Positions 29,233 to 38,155 of a stretch of DNA of 64,000 nucleotides are shown piece after piece; positions within the stretch are counted from its first letter, which is position 1; each line of letters begins with the position of its first letter. The notes beneath the pieces were generated by a model. That model had not been told where the DNA came from. It worked only from the letters and a program-made list of their open reading frames with translations, and ran no database searches. The stretch lies in the IMG/VR virus record IMGVR_UViG_3300047550_004303, one strand, 5' to 3'. Position numbers and translations under genes: made by a program. The stretch is from a virus (Duplodnaviria > Heunggongvirae > Uroviricota > Caudoviricetes).

Positions 29233-30663
29233 TTATTTGGCCTTGCGTTCCTTATCCAAATATTCTTGATAATTTAAAGATTCAATAATACCTAGTAAGT
29301 TATCAATGTCATCTTGATCAAAATTCGTTGGATCTTCCTTCATTTTCTTCAAAGCATATTGATAAATGTATTTTCTTCCACCTTCAAGACCCCAATTATT
29401 ATAGAAAGATTCGTATACACCTGGATATAAATCAATCAATCCCTTTAAAAATTCAGGATCGTCTTTTGGAAATTTTCTGAATAGCATTTTAGCTATATCT
29501 CTAATATCACTTATATAGATTCTTTTTAATGCTGTTTCTAACTTACCTTTACCGACATTACTCTTGAAGTCCTGTAATATCTTCATTATTGCATCTAGAT
29601 TATCAAATATAAGTTTTTCATGTTGTTGAAGTGCCCCGTAGTATAAAATTTTGGGGTCTTCAGATACAGCATATAAAAATTCATCTGCTTTTAATTTTTC
29701 ACCCAAATCAAGTGCTAGCCCTGATTTATAATCTTTATACAGCAAATATCTAACATCTTTGGGTATATACTTCAGTAAATACTTACTATCAAAATTTTCA
29801 CCATCAATGACACTACGTTGAAGTATTTGCCACACTATTGTTCCATAATCTTTCTCTTCTAGTGCATCTCGCAATCTTTCTAATTGCTCCTTCATCTTTA
29901 CACCACGGTCTTCGCCGGCTGACATTTGCTCAGGACTATATTTGTTTTGAACAGTAGAAATGAGTTTAGTCGCACCCAAACTAAAAAATACAGCCTGTGT
30001 GGGTTCACTAGGATGTATAATTCCTTTACCCGTATCAACACAACCGTCAATACCTAATGCCTGTCTGAATAATTCATTCCATGCTAGTGATGCAGGTTTT
30101 TTTAGATATGTCTCTATATAGCCACTTAATTTCCAAGTTGTGTACCATAATCTGCCACCGGGTAACATACGCTCTCTTGCATAGTCAACTGCGGCATTGA
30201 TTGTGTTGTCTACTATGTCAGGCCAATCTTTGCCGGGAGGAGCATAATGCTTAGTAAAATCTACAGCTGGCAATCGTTTTGCATAAGCACGAAGTTTATC
30301 ATTGTAGCGATATTCATCTTGCAAACTCATTGTATTCAAATGAACAATATTACCACGACCTTGAAAAATATTAGCATAGGGTTGTTTACCAGCAAAAGGT
30401 AAAGTAGCCATAGAATATCTTCCATGAGTAGATTCTATCACATAATCTGCTGGATATGAATAGATTCCTAATGGTGTATTGTAATGTGATCTAGGATTAA
30501 TACCTAACTTAGGTAATTGAGTAAAACTAATGAATAGATTAGTAATATCTGAACCTGGCAATTTACCTGCTGAGGCCATTGCCTGATCAATGTACTGATT
30601 TACTGATACTTTAGGATTAAGATCAGGGTTTTTTCTGGCTTCAAATATATCTATAAGGTGCAT
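29233..30663 (-). CDS. hypothetical protein, tandem paralog B
   Basis: 476 aa. Collinear similarity to paralog A. Confidence 0.55.
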   Translation of the reverse strand: MHLIDIFEARKNPDLNPKVSVNQYIDQAMASAGKLPGSDITNLFISFTQLPKLGINPRSHYNTPLGIYSYPADYVIESTHGRYSMATLPFAGKQPYANIFQGRGNIVHLNTMSLQDEYRYNDKLRAYAKRLPAVDFTKHYAPPGKDWPDIVDNTINAAVDYARERMLPGGRLWYTTWKLSGYIETYLKKPASLAWNELFRQALGIDGCVDTGKGIIHPSEPTQAVFFSLGATKLISTVQNKYSPEQMSAGEDRGVKMKEQLERLRDALEEKDYGTIVWQILQRSVIDGENFDSKYLLKYIPKDVRYLLYKDYKSGLALDLGEKLKADEFLYAVSEDPKILYYGALQQHEKLIFDNLDAIMKILQDFKSNVGKGKLETALKRIYISDIRDIAKMLFRKFPKDDPEFLKGLIDLYPGVYESFYNNWGLEGGRKYIYQYALKKMKEDPTNFDQDDIDNLLGIIESLNYQEYLDKERKAK

Positions 30664-30869
30664 TTAGATATTTATCTAAATGGCGAAAGGTCCCTAAAGG
30701 ACCTTTCTGTAAATGTTTTGTTAGTTATTACTTTACACTACCTAGCATAGTTAGGTTGCTGGGAATAATGATTGTCTGAATCTAAAAATAATATTTTTGA
30801 TAAATAAAAGTGCAGGTCGCGATGCTACCAACATCCACCCGCTCTAACAGTTGAAAAGGAACTATCAGC

Positions 30870-31595
30870 ATGAATATTTATTATGTTTACGCCTATTTAA
30901 GAAAAGATGGGACTCCGTATTATATTGGCAAAGGTAAAGAAAAACGTTATCTTGCTAAACACTCAGTTAAAATACCAAAAGATTTAACCAAAATAGTTTT
31001 TCTAGAAAAAAACCTAACTGAAATAGGTGCAATAGCCCTTGAACGTAGATATATTAAATGGTACGGCAGAAAAGATTTAAATACAGGGATATTACGAAAT
31101 AAAACAGACGGTGGTGAGGGAACGTCTGGTAGAATTTTTGAAGAGAAAACAATAAAAAAACTATCAATTGCCGCAACTGCAAATAATCTCAAAAAAACAG
31201 AGAATGGCTCTCATCCATTCTTAACAAGAGATAACATGAATGTAGCTAAAAAAATGGCAGAACAGAAAAAATTAAATTTTCAAACTATGAATAAAGATGA
31301 ATTATCTGAACTTTCTAAAAAAATAAATCAACAACGAGTTGAAAATGGAACACACAATTTTTTAAATAAAGAAACAGCTAGAAAAAATAATCAAATTCGT
31401 GTTGAGCAAGGAAATCATAATTTTCTTGGTAAAAATATAATAACTCTAATAGATAAAGACGGAAAAGGACATAGATTGCCTGTAGAAATTCTAGATGAAT
31501 GTAAGTCTACAGGAAAACCTATGTCCGAATGGACTTATGTTACTGCGGCTAGCAAAGAAGCTAGACGCAGAAAATTACTTAGAAATATTCCCTAG
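30870..31595 (+). CDS. GIY-YIG homing endonuclease (Seg-like)
   Basis: IYYVYAY...YYIGKG core, R/E catalytic region and three NUMOD3-like ENG(S/T)HNFL repeats. Its 3' end overlaps the SPFH gene by 21 nt. Confidence 0.85.
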   Translation: MNIYYVYAYLRKDGTPYYIGKGKEKRYLAKHSVKIPKDLTKIVFLEKNLTEIGAIALERRYIKWYGRKDLNTGILRNKTDGGEGTSGRIFEEKTIKKLSIAATANNLKKTENGSHPFLTRDNMNVAKKMAEQKKLNFQTMNKDELSELSKKINQQRVENGTHNFLNKETARKNNQIRVEQGNHNFLGKNIITLIDKDGKGHRLPVEILDECKSTGKPMSEWTYVTAASKEARRRKLLRNIP

Positions 31596-32372
31596 CATAG
31601 TCAGATTACTTGGGATGATAATGGTCTGAACTTTTCCCGCTTTTACTGCTTCACTAATATTCAAAGTGGCCTGGGCTTGCATGAAAGCAATAGAACTCTG
31701 ACTGTTATTAGCCAGTGCTGCCATACGGCGAGCCTCAGCTTCGGCGGTCTTGACTTCAACTTCCTTTTGCTTAAGTTCATTCTTAGCACGAACCAGATCA
31801 TTAGCACTTGCTACAACCGAATCAGCAGGAACAACGTTACGAATCAGAACCTGACTGATAGCAATACTACCATCAAGCTTTTCTTCGGTCAAATTACGAA
31901 CAATTTCTTCCTTGATGAAGTTCTCCATTTCACTACGATTGTCACCCATATCTAGCGCATCGTACTTTCGTGCAGCCTTGTAAACTGCATTTCGTGCATT
32001 TTGCACTACATAATTGTACATCAGATAAACATCATCCTTGGTGATAGCGTGAAACGCCTTGTTCTTAGTAGAATAAATTTCACTTACCTGATTTGGATTG
32101 ATGTTATAAACTACCACAACATCAAAATCCTTCATGGTACTGTTGTCCTTAGCAACAGGAGTCATGTTCTCAATTGCCACATTGACATCCTTTACCGGGA
32201 ACGTCAATACATCACCGACAAGGGTTTGATTAAAACTACCAGGTTGAAGTTCACCGGGCTTGACTTGCTTGTCAAAGCCCACACGAACGCCTACTTCACC
32301 GGTTTCGATACGAGTGCAACCCGTAGCAAGAACAGCAGCGGCAAGAATACCAACACTAAAAATACGCTTCAT
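31575..32372 (-). CDS. SPFH/band-7 (prohibitin/HflC-like) lipoprotein
   Basis: Lipobox LATGC after the signal peptide (start taken at MKRIF with an AAGGAA RBS). SPFH core plus an Ala/Glu-rich coiled-coil tail. Confidence 0.65.
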   Translation of the reverse strand: MKRIFSVGILAAAVLATGCTRIETGEVGVRVGFDKQVKPGELQPGSFNQTLVGDVLTFPVKDVNVAIENMTPVAKDNSTMKDFDVVVVYNINPNQVSEIYSTKNKAFHAITKDDVYLMYNYVVQNARNAVYKAARKYDALDMGDNRSEMENFIKEEIVRNLTEEKLDGSIAISQVLIRNVVPADSVVASANDLVRAKNELKQKEVEVKTAEAEARRMAALANNSQSSIAFMQAQATLNISEAVKAGKVQTIIIPSNLTMLGNISK

Positions 32373-32385
32373 TTTATATTTCCTT

Positions 32386-32481
32386 TCAGAGAACAACAGC
32401 GAAGATAAAAGCAGTAGCAGCAGCTACGCCAAGAGCAAAGTAGGCAACACGGCCAACAATATCCATAACAGACAACTTCAT
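32386..32481 (-). CDS. 31-aa single-TM peptide
   Basis: MKLSVMDIVGRVAYFALGVAAATAFIFAVVL with an AAGGAA RBS. It is below the ORF-track length cutoff. Confidence 0.3.
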   Translation of the reverse strand: MKLSVMDIVGRVAYFALGVAAATAFIFAVVL

Positions 32482-32513
32482 ACAATTTCCTTTCTTAGGA
32501 ACAAGTTAATTTT

Positions 32514-32690
32514 TTAAAAGATTAGCACAATAGACACTAGAGCTACCATTGTCAGCGAAGCACATAGTGTACTAAAGGCAATCAATTTTGTCAACTGCCA
32601 TTTTTCTTTTTCAGTAGTAAGACGAAATGCCGTGATACTAAAGAAAAATAGTCCGAACAGAATCAAGAATGAAAGAATACCTTTCAACAT
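32514..32690 (-). CDS. 58-aa two-TM peptide
   Basis: MLKGILSFLILFGLFFFSITAFRL...LIAFSTLCASLTMVALVSIVLIF. Coordinates are approximate. Confidence 0.3.
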   Translation of the reverse strand: MLKGILSFLILFGLFFFSITAFRLTTEKEKWQLTKLIAFSTLCASLTMVALVSIVLIF

Positions 32691-32693
32691 GGG

Positions 32694-32957
32694 TTACAAC
32701 ACTCGATTTTCAGAAATCGCCTGACGGAATTCAACGAATGACCCAGCGAAAGTACGACGATAGTTAGAACTATTCAGCCGACCCTGCGCCTTAGCACGAC
32801 CGTAGGCCTTATTGAAATTATCACGATCACTGCACCATGATTCAGCGAATTCTACTCCGCCGGGCACTTCACGATATGCGATAGTGGCACCGCCAAAGTT
32901 GCTGATACGATCAGAGGTGTCAACGTTACGAACGTGCATGAAATAAACCTTAGACAT
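32694..32957 (-). CDS. hypothetical protein
   Basis: Start at MSKVYFMHVR... with an AGGAG RBS. The longer listed ORF would overlap the upstream gene. Confidence 0.45.
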   Translation of the reverse strand: MSKVYFMHVRNVDTSDRISNFGGATIAYREVPGGVEFAESWCSDRDNFNKAYGRAKAQGRLNSSNYRRTFAGSFVEFRQAISENRVL

Positions 32958-33003
32958 TTTACTTACTCCTTTAGATTGAAAAAACACACTGACAAATTTC
33001 TGA

Positions 33004-33288
33004 TTAATCACTAGAATCGATACCGTAGCTATCGCCACAGTGTTCACAGGTGTAGACCACGTAGCAGCGACCTGCAACATGAGCCACATACTTGTGTTCG
33101 CACGGCGTACCATCAGGACGCAGACGAACTTTGCCCGTTGCCTTCATGCTCATGGTCTGACCACCGCAATTACGGCAAGCGATAGTATCAGTTTCCTTGT
33201 CGTAGCCAGCAGTACGACGATAGTTACCAGCCGGGACACGGCCAGTGCCGTTGCACACGGGGCAAACACCATGTTGATGAGAATGCAT
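33004..33288 (-). CDS. Cys-rich zinc-ribbon protein
   Basis: CPVC...CRNC...C..C...CEHC motifs. AAGGAAA RBS. Confidence 0.5.
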   Translation of the reverse strand: MHSHQHGVCPVCNGTGRVPAGNYRRTAGYDKETDTIACRNCGGQTMSMKATGKVRLRPDGTPCEHKYVAHVAGRCYVVYTCEHCGDSYGIDSSD

Positions 33289-33311
33289 TTCTATTTCCTT
33301 TGAGTTAAAGA

Positions 33312-33545
33312 TTAACCAACAACAATGACACGAGGAGATTGAGCGCGATCAAACATATGTTGACCTTGCTGCGGAGCCGTGAAGAAATCAGTCTTGAACT
33401 TGCGATCTTCAACGCCTTCCCAAACACGCTTGATGAACTTCGCACGGAACGTGCCGTCATGATGAATACCGACGACCTTGCCAACCATGTAGCAGTTGTC
33501 AATACCGTTGAAATCCAGGCTCTTAACGATGTCACCAACTTGCAT
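33312..33545 (-). CDS. hypothetical protein
   Basis: Preferred over the overlapping alternative frame 33305..33538. A GGAG RBS sits in the conserved leader cassette. Confidence 0.5.
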   Translation of the reverse strand: MQVGDIVKSLDFNGIDNCYMVGKVVGIHHDGTFRAKFIKRVWEGVEDRKFKTDFFTAPQQGQHMFDRAQSPRVIVVG

Positions 33546-33578
33546 TTCTTGCTCCGTTATCTAACTGTCTAGAAAGAC

Positions 33579-33607
33579 ATTATATGCGATTTGGGATTTA
33601 TTGTCAA
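33579..33607 (-). promoter_or_regulatory. sigma70-type early promoter (cassette copy 1)
   Basis: Minus strand: TTGACA, 17 nt, TATAAT. The 55-bp cassette is near-identical to the copies at 34761, 35031 and 39189. Confidence 0.6.
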
Positions 33608-33924
33608 GCCGACACAGGATCAACAGCTTCAATAAAACTGAGCAGCAGTTTGTTGATGTTGCGGGAACCGACAGGGTTCTGGCTATGAACCACGAACTCA
33701 GTAGGGAACACCTTGATATCACCATCCAGATAGAGATTAATCATACAGTAGATGAAGACCATGCTGGTGTCTTCGCCTCCCAGATCATGATCATATGAGA
33801 TAAAGTTGGGCACACCACGATCAAGCACCATCTTCATGGCTTCAGCAGAACTACGAACAATGACCCATTCCTTACCATCGTTGGGTGGGAATCGCTCGTC
33901 ATCAATGAACATCCGATAGGTCAT
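33604..33924 (-). CDS. cREC-like (cyclic-phosphate-processing receiver-like) domain protein
   Basis: MFIDDER.P...W..VRS...A..M.....P..IS.DHDLG...HS.NP. Assigned by motif resemblance only. AAGGAG RBS. Confidence 0.4.
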   Translation of the reverse strand: MTYRMFIDDERFPPNDGKEWVIVRSSAEAMKMVLDRGVPNFISYDHDLGGEDTSMVFIYCMINLYLDGDIKVFPTEFVVHSQNPVGSRNINKLLLSFIEAVDPVSA

Positions 33925-33952
33925 CAGGTACTCCTTGTGTTTCAGTGTGTGT

Positions 33953-33981
33953 ACTATAGCACCGATCAAAGACCCTGTCAA
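33953..33981 (-). promoter_or_regulatory. sigma70-type promoter
   Basis: TTGACA, 17 nt, TATAGT on the minus strand, 30 nt upstream of the RBS of ORF 33604..33924. Confidence 0.5.
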
Positions 33982-34253
33982 TCAACCTTTGGGATCAACA
34001 GGGTCCCACGCCATAGAAAAATTTTACCCACCGGAATGGACCACGCTGCGTCTTCAAGAATCTCAAAGACCACTGTCTCAGCGGCGTTGTCTACCTTGTA
34101 TGGACGAAAACGACCTTTTGAACCTCGGATAATATACTGCGCCGCGTCATTGCTGATCTCCATCAGCATGATGCCGTTTTCGTCCCGAACAATATAACCC
34201 ACCGTGTGCTCCTTACGGTCAAAATGTCGGTTAAACCACTCGCGAATATTCAT
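33978..34253 (-). CDS. hypothetical protein
   Basis: Start at MNIREWF with an AGGAGT RBS. Probably co-transcribed from the promoter at 34792. Confidence 0.4.
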   Translation of the reverse strand: MNIREWFNRHFDRKEHTVGYIVRDENGIMLMEISNDAAQYIIRGSKGRFRPYKVDNAAETVVFEILEDAAWSIPVGKIFLWRGTLLIPKVD

Positions 34254-34266
34254 TTTTACTCCTGAA

Positions 34267-34755
34267 TCAAGCAGCCTTCGAAAGATATTCCGAGACCTGC
34301 TCACCGGTGACCGAATCACCGTTACGCATCGTATAGACCACACGGTAGTTCTCACGACCGCCAGCCATCAGCATGTCATACTGCTCGGACTTGCTAGCAA
34401 CCTCACGGCGCATGCAGCCGTACTCACCGTTCTCGACGGTGCGCCGAGCGATCCAGCGACCCTGTTCCCAGAACAGTTCGAACGGGGTTTCCCACTCATC
34501 ACAGACCTTGGCGTCATCATCGAGGATAGACCAATCAACAACGTACTCCTCGAAACCCTCATTGCGGGATTCGATCAGAGCCTTCAGGGTCGGGATGCCC
34601 TGATCCTTGACCTTGAGGACCTGAGCAACCGTCAGGTTCGGGATAACGTAGGTGTCGCCACCCTTGCACTTCCAGTACTGCGGGCAAGCACCCTCGCCAT
34701 CCCAATCGTGGGCGCCGTAGTTTTCGCGGATTTGAGTGCTGATGACGATCTTCAT
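34267..34755 (-). CDS. hypothetical protein
   Basis: 162 aa. The conserved leader and a GGAG RBS lie immediately upstream. Confidence 0.5.
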   Translation of the reverse strand: MKIVISTQIRENYGAHDWDGEGACPQYWKCKGGDTYVIPNLTVAQVLKVKDQGIPTLKALIESRNEGFEEYVVDWSILDDDAKVCDEWETPFELFWEQGRWIARRTVENGEYGCMRREVASKSEQYDMLMAGGRENYRVVYTMRNGDSVTGEQVSEYLSKAA

Positions 34756-34791
34756 GAATTTGCTCCGTGTTTCTCAACTGTCTAGAAAGAC

Positions 34792-34820
34792 ATTATATGA
34801 GTTTTGGGATTTATTGTCAA
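34792..34820 (-). promoter_or_regulatory. sigma70-type early promoter (cassette copy 2)
   Basis: TTGACAATAAATCCCAAAACTCATATAAT on the minus strand. Confidence 0.6.
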
Positions 34821-35016
34821 CCGAGAAAATCGTAAGAGGTCTCGTTACCGACCTTACCAAACGCAACCGCGGCCGTGATGTTTTCCCAAATTGCATTGAA
34901 AACACGAACAGCAATGTCGCTGTCAACAGTTTCCAAAAACAAGGTACCGTTGTAAAAGTAAGCGTTGGTATCGGTCACAGACTTGACAACTTTCAGGACT
35001 TTTGCTTCGTTGATCA
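34817..35016 (-). CDS. hypothetical protein
   Basis: Start at MINEAKV, 11 nt downstream of the cassette GGAG. Confidence 0.4.
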
Positions 35017-35052
35017 TTTCGTTTGCTCCGTGTCTCAACTGTCTAGAAAGAC

Positions 35053-35081
35053 ATTATATGAGTTTTGGGATTTATTGTCAA
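35053..35081 (-). promoter_or_regulatory. sigma70-type early promoter (cassette copy 3)
   Basis: Identical -35, spacer and -10 to copy 2. Confidence 0.6.
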
Positions 35082-35090
35082 GAAGAAATA

Positions 35091-35447
35091 TTACAGATTG
35101 TACGGGAATACCAACTCCCAAACAGCATAGTGAAACAAGGGCTCAGGACCCATGGGATCAGCGCCACCCAAATAAGTGTATTTGGAGATATTTTCGTTTT
35201 GTCTCAAAATACTTTCTACATCGCTAACCAAAAAATTATAGGACTTTTTGTCTCTTTGTAATGCAGGACTGTCAATATGAATTTCCAAATGTGCTTTGAA
35301 TTCGTTGATCCAGTTTGTGGTAATTCTATATTGTTTGGATTTGAAAGTCCTGGGAAACTCTTTAGTAATTGCAGTAATACTTTTCTTGAGCGCCCGTTCT
35401 TTTTTAGGAGAAATCTTCGGGGTATTGTTGATTTCGTTAATTCGCAT
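35091..35447 (-). CDS. hypothetical protein
   Basis: 118 aa, in an AT-rich patch inside the GC-rich block. Confidence 0.4.
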   Translation of the reverse strand: MRINEINNTPKISPKKERALKKSITAITKEFPRTFKSKQYRITTNWINEFKAHLEIHIDSPALQRDKKSYNFLVSDVESILRQNENISKYTYLGGADPMGPEPLFHYAVWELVFPYNL

Positions 35448-35570
35448 AGACTATTTCCTTCTGAGGATAGTCAGATATTTATCTTAAACCAGAACAACTT
35501 GAATTTGACGACAAAATAAATCATCACATACCAATTCAATTGGTAGAGTATTCTCAAGACAAAAAAATTG

Positions 35571-35737
35571 TCACCCCAGCGTGTAGACCACGACACCATC
35601 ATAAGTGTCAACGACCTTTACAGTGCAACCACGGTCGATCCAACGTTGTGCAGCGGCCTTATAGGAGTCTGCGGCATAAGCAGGATCAACACCGACCAGT
35701 TCACCATTGTCCGCGTTATAGACATAGATATCAAACA
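35571..35737 (-). CDS. hypothetical small protein
   Basis: Start at MFDIYVY with a GGAGAG RBS. Confidence 0.4.
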
Positions 35738-35768
35738 TCTTGCTCTCCGTTGCGTTCAACATGAATAC

Positions 35769-35797
35769 AGTATATCAAATACCATATTATTTGTCAA
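35769..35797 (-). promoter_or_regulatory. sigma70-type promoter
   Basis: TTGACAAATAAT, then TATACT with a 17-nt spacer. Confidence 0.5.
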
Positions 35798-35969
35798 TTT
35801 TCTTTTCCTTACATTCATAGACTGTACCACCTATATAGAATGCACCTAACTTTTGGCAATCTTCTACAACCGAATGGAAGGCGCCTGCCCTACCAAATCC
35901 ATGGATGCAAATTGCTGTCGCTATAGTAGCGATACAATAAAAGATAGCAAAACCGAGTTCTTTATTCAT
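35787..35969 (-). CDS. small membrane protein
   Basis: MNKELGFAIFYCIATIATAICIHGF... has one TM segment. AGGAG RBS. Confidence 0.35.
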   Translation of the reverse strand: MNKELGFAIFYCIATIATAICIHGFGRAGAFHSVVEDCQKLGAFYIGGTVYECKEKKIDK

Positions 35970-36034
35970 TATGTTTTTTACTCCTGTTTGTTGAGATATG
36001 GCAAAAATAACCCCACTCAAGGTAGGGTTATTCA

Positions 36035-37081
36035 TCAACCATCGTTCTTAATGAGCCACCGGTTGGAAATTGCCTTGAAACTAGGACCACCAAACGTATT
36101 GCACTTGAACACCAGCCCTTCACGATTGGTCTTAGAATTCAGTGCGCTAACACCATCAGCCATAGTCAACAGTCCAGTAACCCATTCTTCAATCACCATT
36201 TCAGTAGCAAGCACAGGAACATGCTTGATACCGTGAGTGTCAGCAAACACACGACGCTCAAGGGGACCAAGGTATTCTCCGCGATCAATATCGTAGATAT
36301 CAAACAAGCGGAAATCTTGACCCTTAACGTTGTAGGCATTACCTTGAATACCTTCACCGATCAATTCACCTTGCAGGGCAAGATTGCGACCAGTTTGACG
36401 AACCTTTTCAATCAACTGTTCACGACGAGCCACAGCCCACAGGGTATTGCCAGCAGTTTCCTTGAGTGCCCAATTACGGCTGCAAACACCTTCACGATCA
36501 CCATGAACGAAAACAGTCATAGAACTGCCATCGAGCTTTTCAGTAACCTCCCAAGTAAAGGCACTGTTGCCTTGCCAAGTTTTGAGTTCTTCAGTGAGAT
36601 TCTGGATACGCTCTTGATCAGTCTTGGGGATCACAGAAGGAAAATTTCCTTCAACATCACCAGCCAGTTGAGCAGGAATAGGAGCCTCCCACTTTTGAAT
36701 GCCAAGCCGCTCACTAATATCAACATTCACCTGACTCCACCAGAAACGGCGGTCAGATCCAGGAAATGCCGTTTCAATAGGCAGCAACAGCCCTTGACTG
36801 ACCTGGCCACGCAGCTTTACAGTGCGAAGACGTTCACCCTTGACACCATTAAACTCACGGGGTTCTTGACCCTTACTGAGAAATGGGGCAACAGCATGAG
36901 GAACCCAAGAATCAATTTCCAGGTAGACGGCAAGGTCACCTGCCTTGAATTCACCCTTCTTGATGACAACTACCCAGCCGCCAACCACAGCGGCTTCAAT
37001 AGCATCCGCACCTTCAATCGGACGAATTTCATCAATCTTGCGGATCGTAGTCATTTTACGTTCGGACATTTTAAACTCCAT
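36035..37081 (-). CDS. ATP-dependent RNA ligase (N-terminal OB domain plus nucleotidyltransferase, Rnl5/DraRnl-like)
   Basis: Motif I KLDGSS (KxDG lysine nucleotidyltransferase). The N-terminal IRPIEGADAIEAAVVGGWVVV is an OB-type fold. 348 aa. Confidence 0.65.
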   Translation of the reverse strand: MEFKMSERKMTTIRKIDEIRPIEGADAIEAAVVGGWVVVIKKGEFKAGDLAVYLEIDSWVPHAVAPFLSKGQEPREFNGVKGERLRTVKLRGQVSQGLLLPIETAFPGSDRRFWWSQVNVDISERLGIQKWEAPIPAQLAGDVEGNFPSVIPKTDQERIQNLTEELKTWQGNSAFTWEVTEKLDGSSMTVFVHGDREGVCSRNWALKETAGNTLWAVARREQLIEKVRQTGRNLALQGELIGEGIQGNAYNVKGQDFRLFDIYDIDRGEYLGPLERRVFADTHGIKHVPVLATEMVIEEWVTGLLTMADGVSALNSKTNREGLVFKCNTFGGPSFKAISNRWLIKNDG

Positions 37082-37098
37082 TAAATTTCAATTTTAGA

Positions 37099-37127
37099 AA
37101 TGTATTTAATTACTGATTTATTGTCAA
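37099..37127 (-). promoter_or_regulatory. sigma70-type promoter upstream of RNA ligase
   Basis: TTGACAATAAATCA, 17 nt, TACATT. Confidence 0.4.
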
Positions 37128-37837
37128 GCAACCCGGGGACGATTGACAACAGTTTGCTTCAGGCCCTGATATTCGCCGTGCTCCTTGACGGTAGCCACAA
37201 ACTCAACAGCAGAACCCTTTTCATATTCGCTGCCGAACGAACCAAAATACACGACGGTAGAACCATCCACATCCACGTGGGTGATGTAACCAACACCGCT
37301 ATCGTAGTAATGAAACTTGGGACGATCAAAGGTCTTGACAAACTTAACCACACCCTTGAAGGTCATACGCTTGCCCACTTCGCCGATATGCTGGCTAGTG
37401 TTAGCTTCGGCGACAACAACAGGACGCTCCAGCGGAGTAATTTCACCCTGACGGCTCCAAAGCAATTCAGTCTTGCCGGGATCAGGACTAGTGCCGCTAC
37501 GCATATCGCCCACGTAGCCCAGCTTGTATTGAGCAACCACACCCTCACGGTCAACCACAAACTTCCAGGTCACCGGACGGACACTCCTAGTACCATAACC
37601 AGCCCAACGAACGTAGGCATTGACGGCGACCATGACCTGACCTTCAGTCAGATCCACATTGAACAGGTTCTTAGCGGAAGCGGTGTCCCACAGATTTTCA
37701 CGGCTGAAAACCTTGAACAGAAAATCCGCCTGCTTGATGCTCTTGAACTGACCGTTGTTGAACTTGACCAGACCGCTGAGAGTCTTGAACGTGTCAGCGT
37801 CTTGTTGGCTAGCGAATTGAAAAGTCATTTCAGACAC
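37124..37837 (-). CDS. hypothetical protein
   Basis: 237-aa ORF with a GGAG RBS. Confidence 0.5.
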   Translation of the reverse strand: MSEMTFQFASQQDADTFKTLSGLVKFNNGQFKSIKQADFLFKVFSRENLWDTASAKNLFNVDLTEGQVMVAVNAYVRWAGYGTRSVRPVTWKFVVDREGVVAQYKLGYVGDMRSGTSPDPGKTELLWSRQGEITPLERPVVVAEANTSQHIGEVGKRMTFKGVVKFVKTFDRPKFHYYDSGVGYITHVDVDGSTVVYFGSFGSEYEKGSAVEFVATVKEHGEYQGLKQTVVNRPRVA

Positions 37838-37858
37838 TCCGTTTGCTTACTGTTTTCA

Positions 37859-37887
37859 CAGTATAACAATTTTGGGAATATTTGTCA
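37859..37887 (-). promoter_or_regulatory. sigma70-type promoter
   Basis: TTGACAAATATTCC, 17 nt, TATACT. Confidence 0.5.
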
Positions 37888-37906
37888 AACTTTTTTACAA
37901 AAAAAT

Positions 37907-38098
37907 TTAAGGATTTACATTTACCGGACCAACAAATTCAGCCTTAGGTAGGTATTTGGACACTGCTGGATCATTGTCATGACGGTTGAAATCTACAGAA
38001 AACTTCAAAGCTTCAATTCTACTGTCAAAAAAATGTTCGCGGATAACGGTACGATTGGTTGTAGGATTTTGAATAATTTGAACCTTAAACTTACGCAT
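37907..38098 (-). CDS. hypothetical small protein
   Basis: 63-aa ORF. A degenerate cassette and TGATAAATAC lie upstream. Confidence 0.35.
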   Translation of the reverse strand: MRKFKVQIIQNPTTNRTVIREHFFDSRIEALKFSVDFNRHDNDPAVSKYLPKAEFVGPVNVNP

Positions 38099-38155
38099 GT
38101 TTTACCTCACAGTGTGATTAGTGTGTGGACTTATTGACATTGCCACACGTATTTA

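Noticed and set aside
33305-33538. Alternative-frame ORF overlapping 33312..33545, and long N-terminal extensions of ORFs 32694..33113, 33604..33981, 33978..34355 and 39245..39448.
   Set aside because: The extensions run through upstream promoters or neighbouring genes and lack an RBS. The shorter starts have AGGAG-type RBSs at the proper distance.
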